Positions 63,044 through 64,000 of a stretch of 64,000 bases of DNA are shown in pieces. Below the pieces are notes generated by a model that saw only the letters and a program-made list of their open reading frames with translations, had not been told where the DNA came from and searched no databases. The DNA is from Scenedesmus sp. PABB004 (lineage: Eukaryota), in contig JABVCE010000002.1 of NCBI GenBank assembly GCA_014905635.1, forward strand, positions 2,666,001 through 2,730,000, in the 5' to 3' direction. How positions within the stretch are numbered: position 1 is the first letter of the stretch; each line of letters begins with the position of its first letter. Position numbers and translations under genes: made by a program.

Positions 63044-63745
63044 TCAGGCGTAGAAGCTGACCGTGTAGAACAGCCGGTGCACGCTGATGACGTGGCGGTT
63101 CGACCTGCGGGGCGCGGCGGGGGCGCGGCACTCAGCGCGGCGCTCAGCGCGTGGGCGCGCGCCGCGGACGGCGTGCCCGCCAGCCCCCCCCCCCCCCCCC
63201 CCCCTGCGCAGCCCGCCTCGGCCAGCCACTCACATGCCGGTGAAGAAGAGCTGCGCGCGCTCGCCGGGGTAGACGACCGCGCCGGGCGGGAAGTCGTACG
63301 GCGACGTGGGGTCGGGCTGGCAGGGCAGCGCGATGCTGGACGTGCCGCCGCGCGCGTTTGCGACGTTGAGCGTGAGCACCTCGGTGCAGTCCTCGACCTC
63401 GGCGACGACGTCAAACTGCACGCCCGTGAGCTGCATCACGCCCGAGAAGCCGGTGGGCATGATGTCGACCCCCGGGCCCACGACCGGCGCGTCGGCAGCG
63501 ACGGCGTAGGTGAAGCACTGCATGAACACCAGCCCCGTCGCCTCGATCGCCAGGCTCGTGGGGACGGTGCAGGGCGCGGTTGAGGGGTACATGTTGAACG
63601 ACAGCGACGTCCCGCGCTCGCACGTGCCCTTCCCCGCCGGCAGCACGGTGAACACGGGCACGCCCCCGCCGCCCCGGCCGTCGCCCCAGACGACGAGGGG
63701 CCCGCTGGAGGTGACCGACAGGTGGTCGCTGCACTGCTGCCACGT

Positions 63746-63779
<34 letters not shown>

Positions 63780-63986
63780 CGCGCCGGCGGCGGCGGCGGC
63801 GCGCACGCGCACGGCGGGCACTTCTTGGGGCCCGGCGGCGGCGGCGCCGCGCGGCTCGGCGGCGCCGCCGGGGGCACTTGGGAGGCGGCGGGCACGCCGG
63901 CGGCGACGAGGGAGCTGGCGGGAGCTGGTTTGGCTCCGTGCAGCCGAGGTCCCTGCTCGCCGCGCAGATGTGTGCGTCCACGATGG
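63044..63986 (-). CDS. 3' part of a Pro/Cys-rich, probably extracellular protein that continues beyond the window (apparent frameshift at 63870-63874)
   Basis: Acceptor near 63987, then poly-Pro stretches and a beta-rich Cys-containing domain. Last exon SNRHVISVHRLFYTVSFYA*. Confidence 0.5.
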
Positions 63987-64000
63987 CCTGCGCCGCGCGC

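Overview
Eukaryotic nuclear DNA of extremely high GC content. It is gene-dense, with many short (about 80-250 nt) CG-rich introns (donors GTGCG/GTGAG, acceptors CGCAG) and TGTAA/TGCAA 3' signals. This fits a chlorophycean green alga, possibly Selenastraceae such as Raphidocelis or Monoraphidium (inference). Most long ORFs in the track are GC artefacts. Splicing by hand gives about 23 genes: FHA protein, ARP8/ARP9-like, NOP9/APUM23, a SANT + two-GATA-finger regulator, a small plastid membrane protein, REX4-like exonuclease, a giant coiled-coil protein, formiminotransferase-like, 3-RRM protein, phosphoglycolate phosphatase-like, NUFIP1/Rsa1-like, TMEM14/FAX, LPA1-like, AP2 factor, SRP68, a secreted beta-propeller, MED21, ATG12, ABCF3/GCN20, SDHAF1-like, DUF819, LRRC49-like, class II CPD photolyase, plus a partial Pro-rich protein at the window edge. 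Five observations stand out. (1) The AP2 gene lies inside a ~1.07-kb near-identical inverted repeat made of the LPA1-like 3' half, extended by a more diverged, deleted copy of the TMEM14/LPA1 promoter. (2) ATG12 and MED21 form an in-frame pair 180 nt apart with no poly(A) signal between them, a bicistronic candidate. (3) A plant-SANT-family-like N-terminus is fused to two GATA fingers with atypical X17 and X19 spacing. (4) GC-AG introns with AG|GCGCG or AG|GCACG donors are frequent. (5) Dyad TGCAA elements sit between convergent genes. All family calls come from motif recognition; no database search was run.
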